A stretch of DNA of 44,902 nucleotides, from the NCBI GenBank assembly GCA_903871575.1, contig CAIQHJ010000057.1:1-44902 (forward strand), written 5' to 3'. The notes beneath the pieces were generated by a model. It searched no databases and had not been told where the DNA came from. It saw only the letters and a program-made list of their open reading frames with translations. The DNA comes from an uncultured Bacteroidota bacterium (GTDB lineage: Bacteria; Bacteroidota; Bacteroidia; Chitinophagales; Chitinophagaceae). Position numbers and translations under genes: made by a program. Shown here in pieces: positions 8,915 to 20,100 of the stretch (position 1 is the stretch's first letter; the number at the start of each line of letters is the position of its first letter).

Positions 8915-10525
8915 TTATTTGCCTTCAAAAGTTTTAAAGTAATCTATCATTTCTTGATTTAAATCCTTCACCACTTTTTCGTAATTTTTATCCTTTGCAA
9001 GATTTGCTTTTTCTAAAGGATCTTTTTCATAGTCATATAACTCGGTTGCATAAACGCGACTAGCTTCGTATGGTTCATTGCTTCTAAAGTTATTATTCAT
9101 CCACAATGTATACCTGTATCTTTCGGTACGTAAGCTGTAACCCATCAATTTCTTGTTGCTATATCCCAACTTTGCAAATTCATCTGATTTTAAATTTCTA
9201 GGATATTGACTCATTGAAAATTCCTTAACAGAAGCATTTTTATTTTTCATTACAGGCTTTAAGCTGTTTCCTTGAAGCATCGATGGAATCGATAAATTTG
9301 CTAAATCACAAATCGTTGGAAACACATCTACGTGTTCTGATAATGATTTTGTTTGTCCTGCTTTAAAACCTGGCGCAGCAAAAATCAGTGGAGCTCGTGT
9401 TGCTTGTTCAAAATTGGTGTGTTTGCCCCACATGTCGTGATCACCCAAATGCCAACCATGATCTCCCCATAACACAATAATTGTGTTGTCAAGTGTTCCT
9501 AATGAATCTAACGTATTCAACAAAATTCCCACTTGCGCATCCACATAAGAAATAGCAGCATAGTATCCATGGATAAGTTCTTTTTGTTTTGCTAGAGCCA
9601 GTCCTGCTCTCAATTCTTCCTTGGTATGGGAGGTTTGTGTAGGAATATCGGAATAGTTTCTCAATTCACCAGAAGACTCATATGCTACAAAAACTTCGTT
9701 TGTTGCATGTTCTTGAAAAGATGCAATAGGCATATCTTCTCTGTTGTACATGTCCCAATATTTTTTGGGCGACACGAAAGGAAGATGTGGCTTGTGAAAG
9801 CCTACCGCTAAAAAGTAGGGTTCCTTTTCTGCATTTAAACTGATCAAAGATTTTTTCGCAATCAAAGCCGTTACTCCGTCTTCGTAAGCATTATCTGGCA
9901 AGTCCAAGCATTCAGTAGAGGGCTTCACTGTACCAACTGTCGATTCGCTGTCAGTTGATTTCTCTTTTTTGCCTTCCGCATCTGCTTCAGCTGTTTCAGC
10001 TTGAATTGCGGCCTTTGTTTCTGGAGATTGATAATGTTTTTTTGCTGGCTCACCCAAACCGTTAGCGTAATCTGATGCTTTGGGTTTTATAAAAGGTATC
10101 GACCAAGATAATTCATCAAATTTTTTATCAACACAAGATGGATGATAAATTTTGCCAACGCCTGAAGTAATATATCCTTGTGAAATTAAATACTGTGGCA
10201 AGGTTAGAATATTAGGAACAACCTCTCTCATTTTCGTTTTCAAATCCCAAACTTTTGTTGCATCTGGTCGCAAGCCTGTCATTAAGCTTGCTCTGGTTGG
10301 TCCGCACACCGCTTGTTGGCAGTAATTGCTCATAAAAACAGTCCCCATCTTTGCTAGTCTATCTATATTGGGTGTTTTTACTAGCGTGTTACCATAGCAA
10401 CCCAATTCAGGTTTTAAATCATCAATGGCAATAAATAAAATGTTGGGTTTCGATTTTTTTTGTGCGAAAACTGCTGAATTGATAGAACCAATGGCAATAA
10501 CAGCAATCAATAATCTTAGTTTCAT
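8915..10525 (-). CDS. Exported Cys-type S1 sulfatase, iduronate-2-sulfatase-like
   Basis: PNILFIAIDDL, CGPTRASLMTG (CxPxR), GFHKPHLPF, GDHGWHLG; signal peptide. Confidence 0.92.
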   Translation of the reverse strand: MKLRLLIAVIAIGSINSAVFAQKKSKPNILFIAIDDLKPELGCYGNTLVKTPNIDRLAKMGTVFMSNYCQQAVCGPTRASLMTGLRPDATKVWDLKTKMREVVPNILTLPQYLISQGYITSGVGKIYHPSCVDKKFDELSWSIPFIKPKASDYANGLGEPAKKHYQSPETKAAIQAETAEADAEGKKEKSTDSESTVGTVKPSTECLDLPDNAYEDGVTALIAKKSLISLNAEKEPYFLAVGFHKPHLPFVSPKKYWDMYNREDMPIASFQEHATNEVFVAYESSGELRNYSDIPTQTSHTKEELRAGLALAKQKELIHGYYAAISYVDAQVGILLNTLDSLGTLDNTIIVLWGDHGWHLGDHDMWGKHTNFEQATRAPLIFAAPGFKAGQTKSLSEHVDVFPTICDLANLSIPSMLQGNSLKPVMKNKNASVKEFSMSQYPRNLKSDEFAKLGYSNKKLMGYSLRTERYRYTLWMNNNFRSNEPYEASRVYATELYDYEKDPLEKANLAKDKNYEKVVKDLNQEMIDYFKTFEGK

Positions 10526-10554
10526 TTTGAATTTTAAAAGGTGAGTTTTTTATG

Positions 10555-13500
10555 TTAATTGACAATCATTTTAGTGGTAACGATTTTATTATTGATAAGG
10601 GCTTTAATGAAATACAATCCTTTTGGCAAAGCCTTGTTATCTATTTGTACCGTTTTGTCACCTGATGGTTGTAGTTCATTATTTATAATTGTTCTGACTT
10701 TTTTACCATGTACATCAAACAGAGATATAGAAACCCTTGAAACGATTGGTAAAAAATAATGCAGGTTGGCAAATTGGGTTGATGGGTTGGGAAACAATTC
10801 CAACATTTCCTTAGACGCTTGATTGTCTGCAATTGAAACTTGACCTTTCGCAGCACTGGTGGATTCTATTTGAAACTGCATCCAATCTCCAGCGCAAGTA
10901 TAGTTGGCAGTTCCACCGCTGCTGTATACACGCAATCTAATTTCCCCTGTTGATGATATATGTTTAGCAGGTGATGTTTGGATAGAATTTATCAAAACAT
11001 CAGTTGTAGAAACCGAACGACTATTGATTTGCACCCAAGCTGATGTCAGCCAATTGTACAGATATATAATTTGGGTTTTTGATGCAGACAATTTCCCATC
11101 ATAATTAATGGTCAGATTGTTTACTGTTGATGGACTTTGTGTAATAAAAACAGATCCGTACCAATCGACATTTCTTGTACCTGTTGTTGTTGAATTGAAC
11201 ACCACGTAACTAGCATTGTTTGTAGCTAAATTACCAACCACTCCAGATGCCAATGTTCCTGAGGTGACCGTAATGTTAGATGGACTGTATGAATAGACAT
11301 TTGAAACACTAAGGTTTTGTGTTTTAGCTGCCGCTGGCAGATATGTAGCATTTCCCGGCTGTGCAGCAGTTATAGTGGCAACTCCTGCGCCAACCAAATG
11401 AATATTTCCATTTACAATTGTAGCTACCGCTGTATTAGAACTAGTATATGTGATAGCTAAACCGGAAGATGCAGTTGCACCACCAGCAAAATCAGCGTTA
11501 CCAACCGACTTCGCAACAAGGGTTGGGAATGTAATGGTTTGTGAAAGTCCTGTTACCGTTAGTGTTTGCGTAACCGAAGGCGCTGCATAATAAATTGAAT
11601 TACCAGATTGTGTAGCGGTAATTGTAGAAGTACCATAGCCTACGACATGAATATTATTGTTGACTATTGTAGCCACCGCAGTATTAGAGCTAGTGTAAAC
11701 AACAGCTAAACCAGATGTTGCAGTTGCTCCGGGATTGAAATCAGGAGTAGTGTTCACAACTTTTGAAGGAATTGCAGCAAAACCAATTGTTTGTGAAAGT
11801 CCTGTTACCGTTAGTGTTTGCGTAACTGCCGTTGCTGCACTAAACACTGTATTTCCAGATTGCGATGCAGTTATCACTGTACTGCCATAACCCACGATAT
11901 GTACATTATTGTTTACGATTGTAGCCACCGCTGGATTAGAACTTGCATAAGAAACGGCCAATCCGGAAGACGCAGTTGCTCCAGCATTAAAATCAGCTGC
12001 ATTGGCTGCTTTAGAAGGTATAGCAGCAAATGATATTGTTTGTGTGCGAAGAACCACAATCGGCCTACCTGCTCCAACGGTATTGGAATCTAATGGAAAA
12101 TTAGACACCATACCAGTTCCATTTATTTCATCACAACCAGCATCAAAAATTGAAGTACGGGTTTGGCCTTGTGCATCTAAATTACCTATAATAGCAATGT
12201 AATTATTGGTATTTACACTTGCATCTTGAACAACCGAAGGTGCTGATAAAATTCCATTAGATCTGCTGCCAAATGCCAACGGGGTATTGGTAAATCCTGC
12301 TGCGTTGGTAAGCCCCAATCCCGATGGAGCACTGTATCTGTTGCCTTCTGCAAAGTATGTTAAAGCAGTATTGGTTGAATCTATATAAACAGCTTGTCCA
12401 GATGACATTTTTATTACATTGTTGGCAAGCGTTGTTCCTAGAGCTTGATTCAACGCCATTCCTGCATCATAATTCCCAATTTTCACACCCGCCCCACCGG
12501 CACAATTCACAATGGTATTGTTTGCTATTAAAGCACTATCAGCTGGTAAATAGGCTCCGTTCAAAACCAACGGATTCAAACTATCTGAAGATGGATATGT
12601 TCCATTGTATGTTATGATTGGAAATCTTATAGACGTCAAGCTTCCTGTTGCGCCCAACAAACCTTCAAAATAATTATTGTAAACTTTATGTCCTTTGTCA
12701 ATAATCCTGACCCCATATGATGTTGTTTTTGTAGGATCGTCATTGATGAAAAAGTTTCCATACACAGAACAATATTTACCCATTCGAAGTGTCAAACCAC
12801 CATTACAGTTTTTAAAAGTATTGTATCGATAGGTGTTGTAATAAGACTTGTTGGATACAATTTCTGGTTCTGTTTGTATTAATCCTTCAAATAAATTATA
12901 CTCTATCACATTGTAACCAAATGTCCTTGAATTATTGCCAACGCCAATACGTATGGTTTCGCCACCATTGCCACCCATATAACTTCTACCCATAAAATAA
13001 TTAGAATCTATTCTGTGAAATGTAGAAACCGACCTATCTGGAAAAGTTGCTGTACTATACCAAACCACAACCGTTGCTCGTGCATTGGATTTATCTAAAA
13101 ATGAACAATGATCTACTCTATTATTCGTACCAAAAATCCCAACCCATTCATTTTCTACCGAATCAATAGAGTTGTAATGATCGAAAGTGATGTGCGACAC
13201 TCTTGAATAATTGGCAAACACACTCGTTGAAGATCTAAATGCTACAACTGCATTGGTTGAACAACTGCCGTTGGCAAATTTAAAACCGGTGAGATGTATT
13301 CGAGTACCAGAAAATCGGATAAATGTTGAATCTCTAAATACCACACCCGAACGGGTTTCTGCCATCACCACAATCCACGCCCCTGTAGATGTATTGTTGA
13401 TATTTGATAACATAATCTGTCCCCAATTGTATGTTCCATTTGCAACAACTATTGTATCTCCTGGCCTTGCAGCAGCATAGCTTGATGTTAACGAAACCAA

Positions 13501-13587
13501 GGTGTTCACAGTAGTTTTTGTTGCACTTGCATGATTGCTTTGCATTAGAATAGCAAACAAAATAAATAACAAATATTGGTTTTTCAT
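10555..13587 (-). CDS. PL6 (chondroitinase B/alginate lyase family) lyase with three Ig-like repeats, a jelly-roll-like domain and T9SS CTD
   Basis: PGDTIVVANGTY, NNRVDHC, NGGETIRIG, EPEIVSNKS (Lys247) and LTLR (Arg268); CTD LFPNPS...LPKGLYFIK. Confidence 0.9.
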   Translation of the reverse strand: MKNQYLLFILFAILMQSNHASATKTTVNTLVSLTSSYAAARPGDTIVVANGTYNWGQIMLSNINNTSTGAWIVVMAETRSGVVFRDSTFIRFSGTRIHLTGFKFANGSCSTNAVVAFRSSTSVFANYSRVSHITFDHYNSIDSVENEWVGIFGTNNRVDHCSFLDKSNARATVVVWYSTATFPDRSVSTFHRIDSNYFMGRSYMGGNGGETIRIGVGNNSRTFGYNVIEYNLFEGLIQTEPEIVSNKSYYNTYRYNTFKNCNGGLTLRMGKYCSVYGNFFINDDPTKTTSYGVRIIDKGHKVYNNYFEGLLGATGSLTSIRFPIITYNGTYPSSDSLNPLVLNGAYLPADSALIANNTIVNCAGGAGVKIGNYDAGMALNQALGTTLANNVIKMSSGQAVYIDSTNTALTYFAEGNRYSAPSGLGLTNAAGFTNTPLAFGSRSNGILSAPSVVQDASVNTNNYIAIIGNLDAQGQTRTSIFDAGCDEINGTGMVSNFPLDSNTVGAGRPIVVLRTQTISFAAIPSKAANAADFNAGATASSGLAVSYASSNPAVATIVNNNVHIVGYGSTVITASQSGNTVFSAATAVTQTLTVTGLSQTIGFAAIPSKVVNTTPDFNPGATATSGLAVVYTSSNTAVATIVNNNIHVVGYGTSTITATQSGNSIYYAAPSVTQTLTVTGLSQTITFPTLVAKSVGNADFAGGATASSGLAITYTSSNTAVATIVNGNIHLVGAGVATITAAQPGNATYLPAAAKTQNLSVSNVYSYSPSNITVTSGTLASGVVGNLATNNASYVVFNSTTTGTRNVDWYGSVFITQSPSTVNNLTINYDGKLSASKTQIIYLYNWLTSAWVQINSRSVSTTDVLINSIQTSPAKHISSTGEIRLRVYSSGGTANYTCAGDWMQFQIESTSAAKGQVSIADNQASKEMLELFPNPSTQFANLHYFLPIVSRVSISLFDVHGKKVRTIINNELQPSGDKTVQIDNKALPKGLYFIKALINNKIVTTKMIVN
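11537..11826. repeat. Exact 38-bp direct repeat, 252 bp apart, at Ig-like domain junctions of the PL6 gene
   Basis: GTTTGTGAAAGTCCTGTTACCGTTAGTGTTTGCGTAAC at 11537-11574 and 11789-11826. Confidence 0.95.
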
Positions 13588-13717
13588 TTTAGTGTGTTTT
13601 GGGTAAGTATTGAATTATTTGAGACATCATTTCAAAAACCATACCTCAAATCAAAAAATCATTTGTATTTTTTTAAAAAACCTGTATTGTGCACAAATGT
13701 TTAGAAAAAAACAATAT

Positions 13718-14656
13718 TTAATTTTTAAAAGCGTCTAAGCCCATTAAAAAATCTATGATATTCTTTACCAATTCTGCATTTTTCTCTTTTGTAAATTTCC
13801 CATGCCCAACGCCTTCTACTGTAATTAATCCCGATTGAACACCAACCGATTCGTATTGTTTTAATAAGTCAAGCGATTGTTGATACGGCACGGTAGAATC
13901 TGCATTTCCATGAATGATGAGCGTTGGCGGACTTTTCTTGTTTACATAATGTATGGGTGAAATTGATTTACCGAAAGCTTCATCTGTTTTTTTGGGACCC
14001 ATCCAATCTCCTGGCGATCTGCTTTTTCTTACTGCTGGTCCGTAATCGTTGTATGCCCAAGCCCAAACATCTGAAATTCCCCATTTGTCAATAATTGCAG
14101 CCACTTTAATGTTTTCCGTTCCTTTGCAATTGTTGTCAAACAAATGATTGTTACCCATTAATCCTGTCATCAATGCCAAATGCCCTCCAGCAGAACCACC
14201 CATTACAACAATTTTATTTACATCTACATTGAGTGCTTTTGCGTTGTTGATGATGTATATTAATGCACAGCGAACATCTTCAATTGCAGCAGGAGCTGTA
14301 GCATAATTGGTCATCCGATATTCTACATTGGCAACTGAAAATCCCGCTTTAAAAAAACTGGTAAATCCACCTTGTGATTCTTTCACACCATTTTTCCATC
14401 CACCACCATGAATATTGATGATAATAGGTGTTGGCTTTGTTGCAGCAGGTTGAAAATATACATCCATTCTACCATCCCAGTTCCCTACCTTGGTATAGAC
14501 TTCATCTAAACTCGCCTTAAAACTCGATGGATATTCTACCGGTTTATATTTTTTTACACTATCGGATTTGATGATTTCAGATTCTTGTGCAAAAGAAAAA
14601 GTCATCGTATGCATTGTAATGCAAAACAAAACAACATGTAGGATATATTTTTTCAT
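13718..14656 (-). CDS. Exported alpha/beta-hydrolase (HSL/BD-FAE-like carbohydrate esterase), paralog 2
   Basis: HGGGW, GGSAGG nucleophile, HGNAD, GHG; start moved to ATG 14656 (MKKYIL signal peptide), which removes overlap with the upstream gene. Confidence 0.88.
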   Translation of the reverse strand: MKKYILHVVLFCITMHTMTFSFAQESEIIKSDSVKKYKPVEYPSSFKASLDEVYTKVGNWDGRMDVYFQPAATKPTPIIINIHGGGWKNGVKESQGGFTSFFKAGFSVANVEYRMTNYATAPAAIEDVRCALIYIINNAKALNVDVNKIVVMGGSAGGHLALMTGLMGNNHLFDNNCKGTENIKVAAIIDKWGISDVWAWAYNDYGPAVRKSRSPGDWMGPKKTDEAFGKSISPIHYVNKKSPPTLIIHGNADSTVPYQQSLDLLKQYESVGVQSGLITVEGVGHGKFTKEKNAELVKNIIDFLMGLDAFKN

Positions 14657-14666
14657 CGTTGGATTT

Positions 14667-15596
14667 TTATTCTTTAAATGATGGCACATTTTTTATAAAA
14701 TTCAAAATGGCCAAATTCAGTTCGGCATTTTTTTCTTTAGTAAATTTCCCATGTCCGCCACCTTCAACTGTAATAAATGTGGTTTGAACATCCTTTTCTT
14801 TTAAAAGCTTGTACAACACTTCTGATTGATTGTATGCAATGGAAGAATCTGCATTGCCATGAATGATTAAAACCGGCGGGCTATTTTTATTTACATAAGA
14901 AACAGGAGAAACCGACTTGGCAAATTTTTCATCGTTTTGTTTATCGCCCAACCATTCTTTGCCATTATAGTTTTTGCGAACCGATGGACCATAATTGGTA
15001 TACATTTTTGCCCATACATCCGAGCATCCATATTTGTCAATAATGGCAGCTACTTTGATATTTTTTGTTCCTGGGCAATTGCCATCAAATATGGAATTAT
15101 TGGCTAGAAGGCCCGTCATTAAAGCCAAATGCCCACCAGCTGAACCACCCATTACCACAATACGATTAACATCGATATTGAATTTTTGGGCGTTGTTAAT
15201 AAGGTAAATTAAAGCACAGCGTACATCTTCCACGGCAGCCGGCGCTTTGGCTTGAGGCGACATGCGATATTCTACATTGGCAACACTATACCCTTCTTTA
15301 AAAAAAGTAGAAAACCCACCCTGCGTTTCTTTCACTCCATTTTTCCAACCACCACCATGTATGTTGATGATGATGGGTGTTGGCTGAGTTGCAGATGGCT
15401 GAAAATACAAATCCAATCTACCTTTCCAATCGCCCACCATTGTATATACCTCATCAATATTTGCTTTAAACCCAGTAGGAATCACCACCGGCTTGTATGT
15501 TTGAGCTGAAGAACTTTCTGATTCCTGTGCTATTGCAGTAAAATCAAAAATCATGAAGCCAAACACAAACGCAAATATGTAGGGAATTTTATTCAT
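14667..15596 (-). CDS. Exported alpha/beta-hydrolase (HSL/BD-FAE-like carbohydrate esterase), paralog 1
   Basis: HGGGW, GGSAGG, HGNAD, GHG; signal peptide; begins 2 nt after the susD stop. Confidence 0.88.
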   Translation of the reverse strand: MNKIPYIFAFVFGFMIFDFTAIAQESESSSAQTYKPVVIPTGFKANIDEVYTMVGDWKGRLDLYFQPSATQPTPIIINIHGGGWKNGVKETQGGFSTFFKEGYSVANVEYRMSPQAKAPAAVEDVRCALIYLINNAQKFNIDVNRIVVMGGSAGGHLALMTGLLANNSIFDGNCPGTKNIKVAAIIDKYGCSDVWAKMYTNYGPSVRKNYNGKEWLGDKQNDEKFAKSVSPVSYVNKNSPPVLIIHGNADSSIAYNQSEVLYKLLKEKDVQTTFITVEGGGHGKFTKEKNAELNLAILNFIKNVPSFKE

Positions 15597-15598
15597 TA

Positions 15599-17146
15599 TT
15601 AATAGCCAGGATTTTGAGCTATGACAATTGTGGTATTGATGTCAATTTCTCTTTGAGGAATAGGTAACAATAACCTTTGATCGGTGATAAAGTTTTGCAA
15701 ATCTGGCAATGACAAAGGCTGTGGATATTGCGAATAATAAGATGAATACATATTAGAAAAATGATTTTTCAACACAACGATTGGATCAATTGTTGTCAAA
15801 GTAGTTTTAAACCTAACCAAATCAAACCATCTTTGATTTTCAAATGCGAATTCCCATCTTCTCTCATCCGACAACGCTTTCTCAAATGTTGCCACAGAAT
15901 TGATAGTTGAAGCCGTGTATGCGACTAAGCCCGTTCTTAATCTTACTTGATTTATTAGGCTTGTGCTGTTGGGAGAAAAACCTTGTGCTTCCGCCATCAT
16001 CAACAACACATCTGCATAACGGATTACAGGCCAATCATTTTCACCATCATTTTCATAAATCACATTGGCAATGTGTTTCTTCGGATACAATTTCGAGAAG
16101 TAATTTCCAATATTGTATTTATATCTTACATCCAATACAGAATCGTAACCGCCTTGTGTTTTTCTTAGCAATTCTCTTGCAACAAAATTGTAACCTTTAC
16201 CATCTCCATTAACGATGGCTTGTCCACTCCCACTTGGCGCAAATAAATTAGGAAAAGGCGATCCCAATCCTACTTTGCCTGATTTGTATCTCACTGCAAA
16301 TAAAATTTCAGCATTCATTTCATTGGTTGTTGAAAATACATTTGCATATGTTGCTTGCAATCCATATCCACTATTGGTCATTACATCTTGCAATAGTGTT
16401 ATGGCTTCTGCTTTTCTGTTTAACGTCAGATACACTTTGGCCAACATTGCTTTTGCAGCCCAAACATTTACTCTTCCAAAGTCATTGATATTGATACTTG
16501 TATAATTATTCGTTGATCCATTCTCAATGGCATTTTGCAAATCGGTTATAATGAAAGTATAATTCTGTTCAACAGTACTTCTATTGATATATTTGGCCGC
16601 TTGTGGTGTAACAGGTTGATGAATTTCAAACACTCCGCCAAACAATCTTACCAAATTAAAGTAATGATATGCTCTTATAAATGAAGCTTGTGCTGCAATT
16701 CTTTTTCTATCAGCCATGGTAACGGGTATCTGAATTGAATCATATGTTATCGTTCCATTTTCTGGATGATAATTCACTGCCAAATTATACATCACCTTAT
16801 TGATGTTGTAAATGTTGTAGTAATTGTTCAACCAATAATCATACACTCCAGAATGTGAGGGAGCTGGCATAAACATGTCTAAATCACTAAACTCACGATT
16901 ATCCGAACTACCGCTGGTTGGACTACCCATCAAGGTATTGTCGCTTCTCAATTCGGTAACTTCCCATTCGTTGTACAATGCTTTTTGCATCCCATTGTAA
17001 CAACCGATAAGTGCCTTATCTACTTCTGCTACGTTTCTATAATACGATTGGTCGTATAAATAGGATGTTGGATACACATCAATTATTTTATTACATCCTG
17101 TAATTGCAATTATGGCAATAAAGAAAAGAAAACTATATTTTTTCAT
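15599..17146 (-). CDS. susD: RagB/SusD family lipoprotein
   Basis: Lipobox ITGC; RAYHYFNLVRLFG, RYADVLLMMAEA, ERRWEFAFENQRWFDL, terminal QNPGY. Confidence 0.96.
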   Translation of the reverse strand: MKKYSFLFFIAIIAITGCNKIIDVYPTSYLYDQSYYRNVAEVDKALIGCYNGMQKALYNEWEVTELRSDNTLMGSPTSGSSDNREFSDLDMFMPAPSHSGVYDYWLNNYYNIYNINKVMYNLAVNYHPENGTITYDSIQIPVTMADRKRIAAQASFIRAYHYFNLVRLFGGVFEIHQPVTPQAAKYINRSTVEQNYTFIITDLQNAIENGSTNNYTSININDFGRVNVWAAKAMLAKVYLTLNRKAEAITLLQDVMTNSGYGLQATYANVFSTTNEMNAEILFAVRYKSGKVGLGSPFPNLFAPSGSGQAIVNGDGKGYNFVARELLRKTQGGYDSVLDVRYKYNIGNYFSKLYPKKHIANVIYENDGENDWPVIRYADVLLMMAEAQGFSPNSTSLINQVRLRTGLVAYTASTINSVATFEKALSDERRWEFAFENQRWFDLVRFKTTLTTIDPIVVLKNHFSNMYSSYYSQYPQPLSLPDLQNFITDQRLLLPIPQREIDINTTIVIAQNPGY

Positions 17147-17172
17147 AACATTTATATTAATAATGAATTAGA

Positions 17173-20100
17173 TTAAAAATTTACGTCGACACCAAATACA
17201 AAAGTTTGTGGAATTGGGAAACTGCCTCTTTGGTAACCTCCTACTAACGCAGAACCATAAGGTCCAGATGTAACCCTTGCTTCTGGATTAATTCCTCTGT
17301 AGCTTTTGGCTGAGTGGAAATATAAATTCTGTGCAGAAAAATACATTCTCAAGCTGTTTATTTTTGCAAATTTGATTTTGTTGTCGGGAAACTTATAACT
17401 GATGTTTACTTCTCTTAAAGCATAATATGATGCATCTTCTACAACATAATCAGTAAGCAACCAATTGAATGCTGCTTTATTATAATTTGGCGTTTTTCCA
17501 TCACCAGGAAATAATGGTGAAATGTATCTGTTCTTGTTATAATTGACTACCAATTTTTTTACATCGTCATAGTTTGGATCGCCATTAATCAAATCGCCGC
17601 CTTGCACACCTTGAAAAGTGAAACTCAATTCAAATTGATTATACGTTATGGTATTTGTCATACCCCAAGTAAAATCTGGATACGGCGAACCTATAACTGT
17701 TCTGTCTTTGATGTCAATTACATTATCTCCATTGATGTCTACTAATTTCAATTGTCCTGGTACAAATGCATTCGACAACTGACTAGTTAATCCTGATGCA
17801 TTGATTTGCTCTTGGGATAACCAAATTCCGTCAGTTTTATAACCATAAAATTGAATCAATGGTAAACCTACCTTATTTAAATACAACTCGTTTCTTTCAC
17901 CTTCATTTAATAAATACGCTTCTTGTCCTAGCTCTAAGATTTTATTTTGTGTGTGTGAAATGTTGGCTGCAGTTGTCCATTTGAAATTCTTTTTGGTCAG
18001 GTTGATGGTGTTTAACTGCAATTCAATACCTGTATTTTTTAAGCTACCTATATTGTTCCAACTTGCAGGAACGCCAGTATAAGCAACCGTTGCTTGTTGT
18101 AAGAGTAATTTGTCCGTTTCAGAATTGTAATAATCTACCGACAATCCAATTTTCCCTTTCAAGATGGATAAATCCATACCATAATTGGCTTGGTATGTTG
18201 ATTCCCATGTAATGTCTTCGTTTGAACGAATGGTGGCTGAAGTAGATTGACCATTGGTAACGATACCTGTTCCGTTCCCAAAAGAATAATTGCTAGGATA
18301 CAGCAGATCAAGGAACCCAAAATTTAAGATTCTGTTGTTTCCAGATACACCATAACTTGCTCTCCATTTCAACTTCGTAATCCAATTGATTTTGTTCATG
18401 AATTTTTCTTTATCCATAGCCCATCCAACAGATATAGAAGGGAATGTTCCCCATTTTTTCCCTGGTCCAAAATAAGAGCTACCATCTGTTCTAAAGCTGC
18501 TCGACAACAAATATTTACTTTTATAATTGTAGTTTACCCTACCCAAATATGAAACCAATCCAATTTGATTGGTCGTTCCATTGGTGCCTGAACGATCAAT
18601 GATTCCAGCTTGGTTCAATGTTCTGATATTGTCATCAGCAAAATCATATCCAACAGCTTGGTCATTTCTTGTTTTGGTTACTTGAGAAGTAAAGCCCGCC
18701 AATACATTAAATGAGTGGTCTTTAATTATTTTGTTGTATGTAAGTGTGTTTTCTGAAAGTAAATCAACAAATGAGTTGTTGGTGAATGCGCCTCTGCTAA
18801 CCAATCCATCTGCTTCCGCATTTCTATTCGACCAATTGAGCGCGTTACTATTGTTCACATACAAGGTTGCCAAGGACTTAAATTCGAGTCCTTTATACAA
18901 CTTAAATGTTAAGTCCGCTGATGATTGCAATCTGTATTCATCATTATTGATAAATGTGTTGTTGAGAATAGAACTTGGCGAATTGGTACTTGAATTGAAT
19001 GCATCAGATTGCGTACCTGGATTCCAAAAACTACCATCAGGCATATAGCCGGTGTAATTTAAATTATTGAAGTGTCGTGGTTGCGCATAACTGCCCAACT
19101 GTAAATTTGACCATTGTGGGTTTTGTCCAACCAATGCCAATGTTGCCTGATTGTGCACAACAGGCAAGAAACTAGCGTATCTAACGAATGTGGTGTAATT
19201 GATGGAAGGAGATTCTTTTCTAGAAAAAGAAGGATTGATATTCAGCACCAATTTAACTTTGCTAGATAAATTAACATCCATTCTAGATCGAACCGTAAAT
19301 CGATCGTATTCACTATTCTTCATTAAGCCTTGATCTTTTTGGTAACCTCCAGATATATAATATTTAATATCGCTTTTCCCTCCTGATGCGCTCAATTGAA
19401 CATTTTGAAACAACCCAGTTCTTAATGCTTGCGATTGCCAATCTGTACCATTTCCGCCATACAACTCATTTTCAATAATATAACCCGCTCTCTCATTATT
19501 GGTTGCAATTAATGCACCCGATGGTGTTGGAACACTTGGGTCTAATGATTTCAATGCAGCCTCGTAAAATAGATTATTCATGTACTGGGTTGTTGTCCAT
19601 ACATCATATCTTTTATAATCTTGTTTTGCACCAACAGAATATTTGAAAACAAATTTTGTTTTGTCTGTTTTACCGGCTTTAGTAGTAATTAAAATAACAC
19701 CACTTGCACCTCTCGATCCGTAAATTGCTGCAGAAGCTGCATCTTTCAATACTTCTACTGATTCAACATCCGCCATGTTTACATAAGCCAACCCATCGGG
19801 TACTGGCTGACCATCAACCACAACCAATGGACTTGCACCTGCATAAATAGAGCTGATACCCCTAACCGTTACTTTAGGTGGCGCTCCTGCTTCAGATGAT
19901 AAATTCTGTATTTGCACCCCAGCAATTTTACCTTGCAAGGCTTGGTCTAAACGTGAAACAGGCGCTTCATCTAATTTTTCATCTTTAAACTTCGTGATGG
20001 CGCCAGTTACATCAGAGCGGCGTTGTGTACCATATCCAATCACCACCACCTCTGCATTATCGGTAGCAGCAGGTACCATTTCTACATTCACCAATGTATC

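Noticed and set aside
14657-14689. Longer start (MCHHLK...) for esterase paralog 2
   Set aside because: Overlaps the upstream gene; the signal peptide begins at ATG 14656
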